Shown here: positions 62,156 to 64,000 of the stretch, one piece after another
Layout: each line of letters begins with the position of its first letter
Numbering within the stretch: position 1 is the stretch's first letter
NCBI GenBank assembly: GCA_965644315.1
Contig: CBFFRQ010000018.1
Location: 248,001-312,000 of the forward strand
DNA length: 64,000 nucleotides
Source of the DNA: Caecitellus pseudoparvulus
Lineage: Eukaryota; Protista; Bigyra: Bicosoecida
Direction: 5' to 3'
Notes under the pieces: model-generated
Database searches by the model: none
The model's input: only the letters and a program-made list of their open reading frames with translations
What the model was told of the DNA's origin: nothing
Translations under genes and position numbers: made by a program

Positions 62156-62337
62156 GGGATCGCAGGGGTGTCCGGGAAGCTACTTACGCACCTTTCTTGC
62201 TGAGATGCCGGACACCCCAACGGGGGGGGGGGGTGCCCCCCGCATGGACCCCCCCTTCCCCACGCCGCCCGTGTCCAAGGTCCCAAGAAGGCTGCGAGGT
62301 CGGAAAGGGCTGAGAGCCCCTCGAACCAGATACCCGG
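62156..62337. repeat. 182-bp direct repeat, right copy
   Basis: Matches 60317-60498 with one mismatch. Confidence 0.97.
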
Positions 62338-62521
62338 GTAAGGCTGAGACGGACACTTGAGACCCTTGATATAAAATCCAACGAAACATGCCAACGATGA
62401 GTGGAGACTGTTTTGTCCTGACTCTTCCTGCCGACTGCTTGCGCTGATTGCCCGAGGGAGCCGAGCCACATTGCAGCTCAGAGAGCGCTCAGCGTCTGCC
62501 CGACTAACCAGCAGCAGCAGC

Positions 62522-63947
62522 ATGAGTTACTCCAAGGACCATGTGTCTTCGGTGCGGCTGGATGCCACACCCTCGATGCAGTTTAACAACCTATCAGTCA
62601 GCGGCGGCAGCAAGGGCTGCTTGGTGCGTGCAGGCGCCAATCTTGGGCTGAGCCAGAGCCAGCCACGCATCCCTGTCGGGCCGTTCTGCGCAGGCGTTCA
62701 CGCATAAGCAGGAAGTTTGCATCTTGCCCATCGCAAGCACCCAAAGCGAAGCGTGTGTGTCCCCCACCAAGTTGCAAATTGCCACCGCGGGGCCTGAAGT
62801 GAAGGTACGGCCGCTGCCTGGCGTGTTGGGCTGCAAACCGCCATGCAGCACTGCTGGCCGCCTGGCCGCGAACTGCTGCCTTGCAGGCAGTTCTGTGTGA
62901 GGTTCCCGAGGCATACTTAGTAGTACTTTTGTTCAATGGCTTTCAGGTGCGTGAAAATGCCACATCCAGAGCAGGACGCTCGCACAGCGTGTGTGGTAAG
63001 CGTTTCACGCTGGTGTTGCTGCCGCCTGTGCAGGTGTGGGACGCAGAGGGACAGAGCATGCTGCTCACGCACACTTTGCACGACGATAGTGAAGGCCCCA
63101 TCAAGTCGCCCCAAGCCGCGGCAGCTGAGGAGGTGGCAGGTGCGGCCCGGGCCAAGGCTGGGTCGGCCGCAGTGAACGCTCTGCTCAGCCCAGCACGTGC
63201 GAACTGCGCCGTGGGCATCCCCTCTTCCTCCAGCATTCTCGTGGGCACATCCACTGGCTCCATCATCGTCTTGGATTGTGTGGGCTCGAAGGTGACGGTC
63301 AGCCAGTCGCTGACTGCGCACTCGGAGCCCATCTCTCACATGGCTGCCCGGGGCGACATTGTCATCACGGCAGACGAAGGAGGCGCAGCGACTGTGTGGG
63401 ACGCCAAGTCTCTCAGCGCCACCTGCACCCTTCCTCAGCAAGAGTGCGTGATTGGCTTCAGCGTTCCGCAGTCTTCCCCGCTGCATCCTGCACCCCGCAA
63501 CCCCCCTCGTCCACAGCGACTTTTGCACAAGTGTGGCGCTGCTGCCGCTGTTCATCATTGCAGGCTATGCTTCCGGCATTGTGCGCTTGTTCAGCGTGTC
63601 GGAAGGCCTATTGCTGGCTGAAGTGGCTGGGCATCCAAGGTGCATCACAGCTGTGGATGCGCACCCTGCCGCCGACGTGGTGCGTGCGACCGCCTTCCAC
63701 ACCAACAACCGCTCGCTGAACTGCTTTGCTGCGCGTCTCGCAGTTTTCTAGTGTGAGCGAAGATGGCACGTTGAATGTGTGGAGTGTTTCCGGCACGGCG
63801 GACTCCTGCAGCAAGGTCGGCCTCGTCACGACAGCGTCCGTGACGGACCACAGCCTGACAGGGGTGCAGTTCTTGAAAAGTGCCCCTCACCACATCATCA
63901 CTTCTGCCTACGATGTTCATAATCTCCGCATTCTCCTCAGTGTGTGA
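62522..63947 (+). CDS. WDR54: WD40-repeat protein, WDR54-like, multi-exon
   Basis: N-terminal VRLDATPSMQFNNLSV; ILVGTSTGSI, AHSEPISHM...ITADEGGAATVWD, AGYASGIVRLF, AGHPRCITAVD, SVSEDGTLNVW, TSAYD. Confidence 0.75.
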
Positions 63948-64000
63948 GGAAGGCGATGCTACCACGTGGATACCATTCATCCACCTTGCGCCATCCAATG

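Larger units (their letters stand above)
60317..62337. mobile_element. Putative non-autonomous direct-repeat-bounded cassette carrying a Fic gene
   Basis: Near-identical terminal direct repeats, lower-GC interior (31/60 G+C in 60961-61020) and placement between two housekeeping genes. No transposase, RT or TSD seen. Confidence 0.6.

Noticed and set aside
60317-62337. Canonical LTR retrotransposon, TRIM or Ngaro element
   Set aside because: No TG...CA ends, TSD, obvious PBS, gag/RT/YR remnants or second split-repeat pair.

Overview
GC-rich, gene-dense eukaryotic DNA with short GT-AG introns, often GTGCGT/GTGAGT donors and (C/T)GCAG/ACAG acceptors. It looks like a heterotrophic protist, probably a stramenopile (inference only). 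About 27 protein-coding genes can be modelled. Recognisable ones: a DDRGK1-like fragment, organellar RadA/Sms, an ankyrin-U-box E3, two G-alpha paralogues, an LRRC74-like giant, a PAF-acetylhydrolase-like lipase, an RlmM/FtsJ-like methyltransferase, NAE1, a Qc-SNARE, UBA2/SAE2, POP1 and WDR54. An unannotated 7SL/SRP RNA gene lies on the minus strand (about 35941-36222). Most unusual: (1) a five-exon CHAT (caspase-like) protease + NB-ARC/STAND ATPase + STAT-type linker-SH2 protein, an NLR/apoptosome-like design with a phosphotyrosine reader where the sensor repeats normally sit; (2) a lower-GC Fic-domain gene enclosed by two 182-bp, 1-mismatch, hairpin-rich direct repeats, inserted 13 nt after the POP1 stop and encoding no transposase; (3) a family of intronless ankyrin genes with variable repeat number, variable surface positions and a conserved C-terminal motif; (4) three tandem small single-pass membrane genes with identical exon architecture, invisible in the ORF track. 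All calls are by eye from motifs; no database searches were run.
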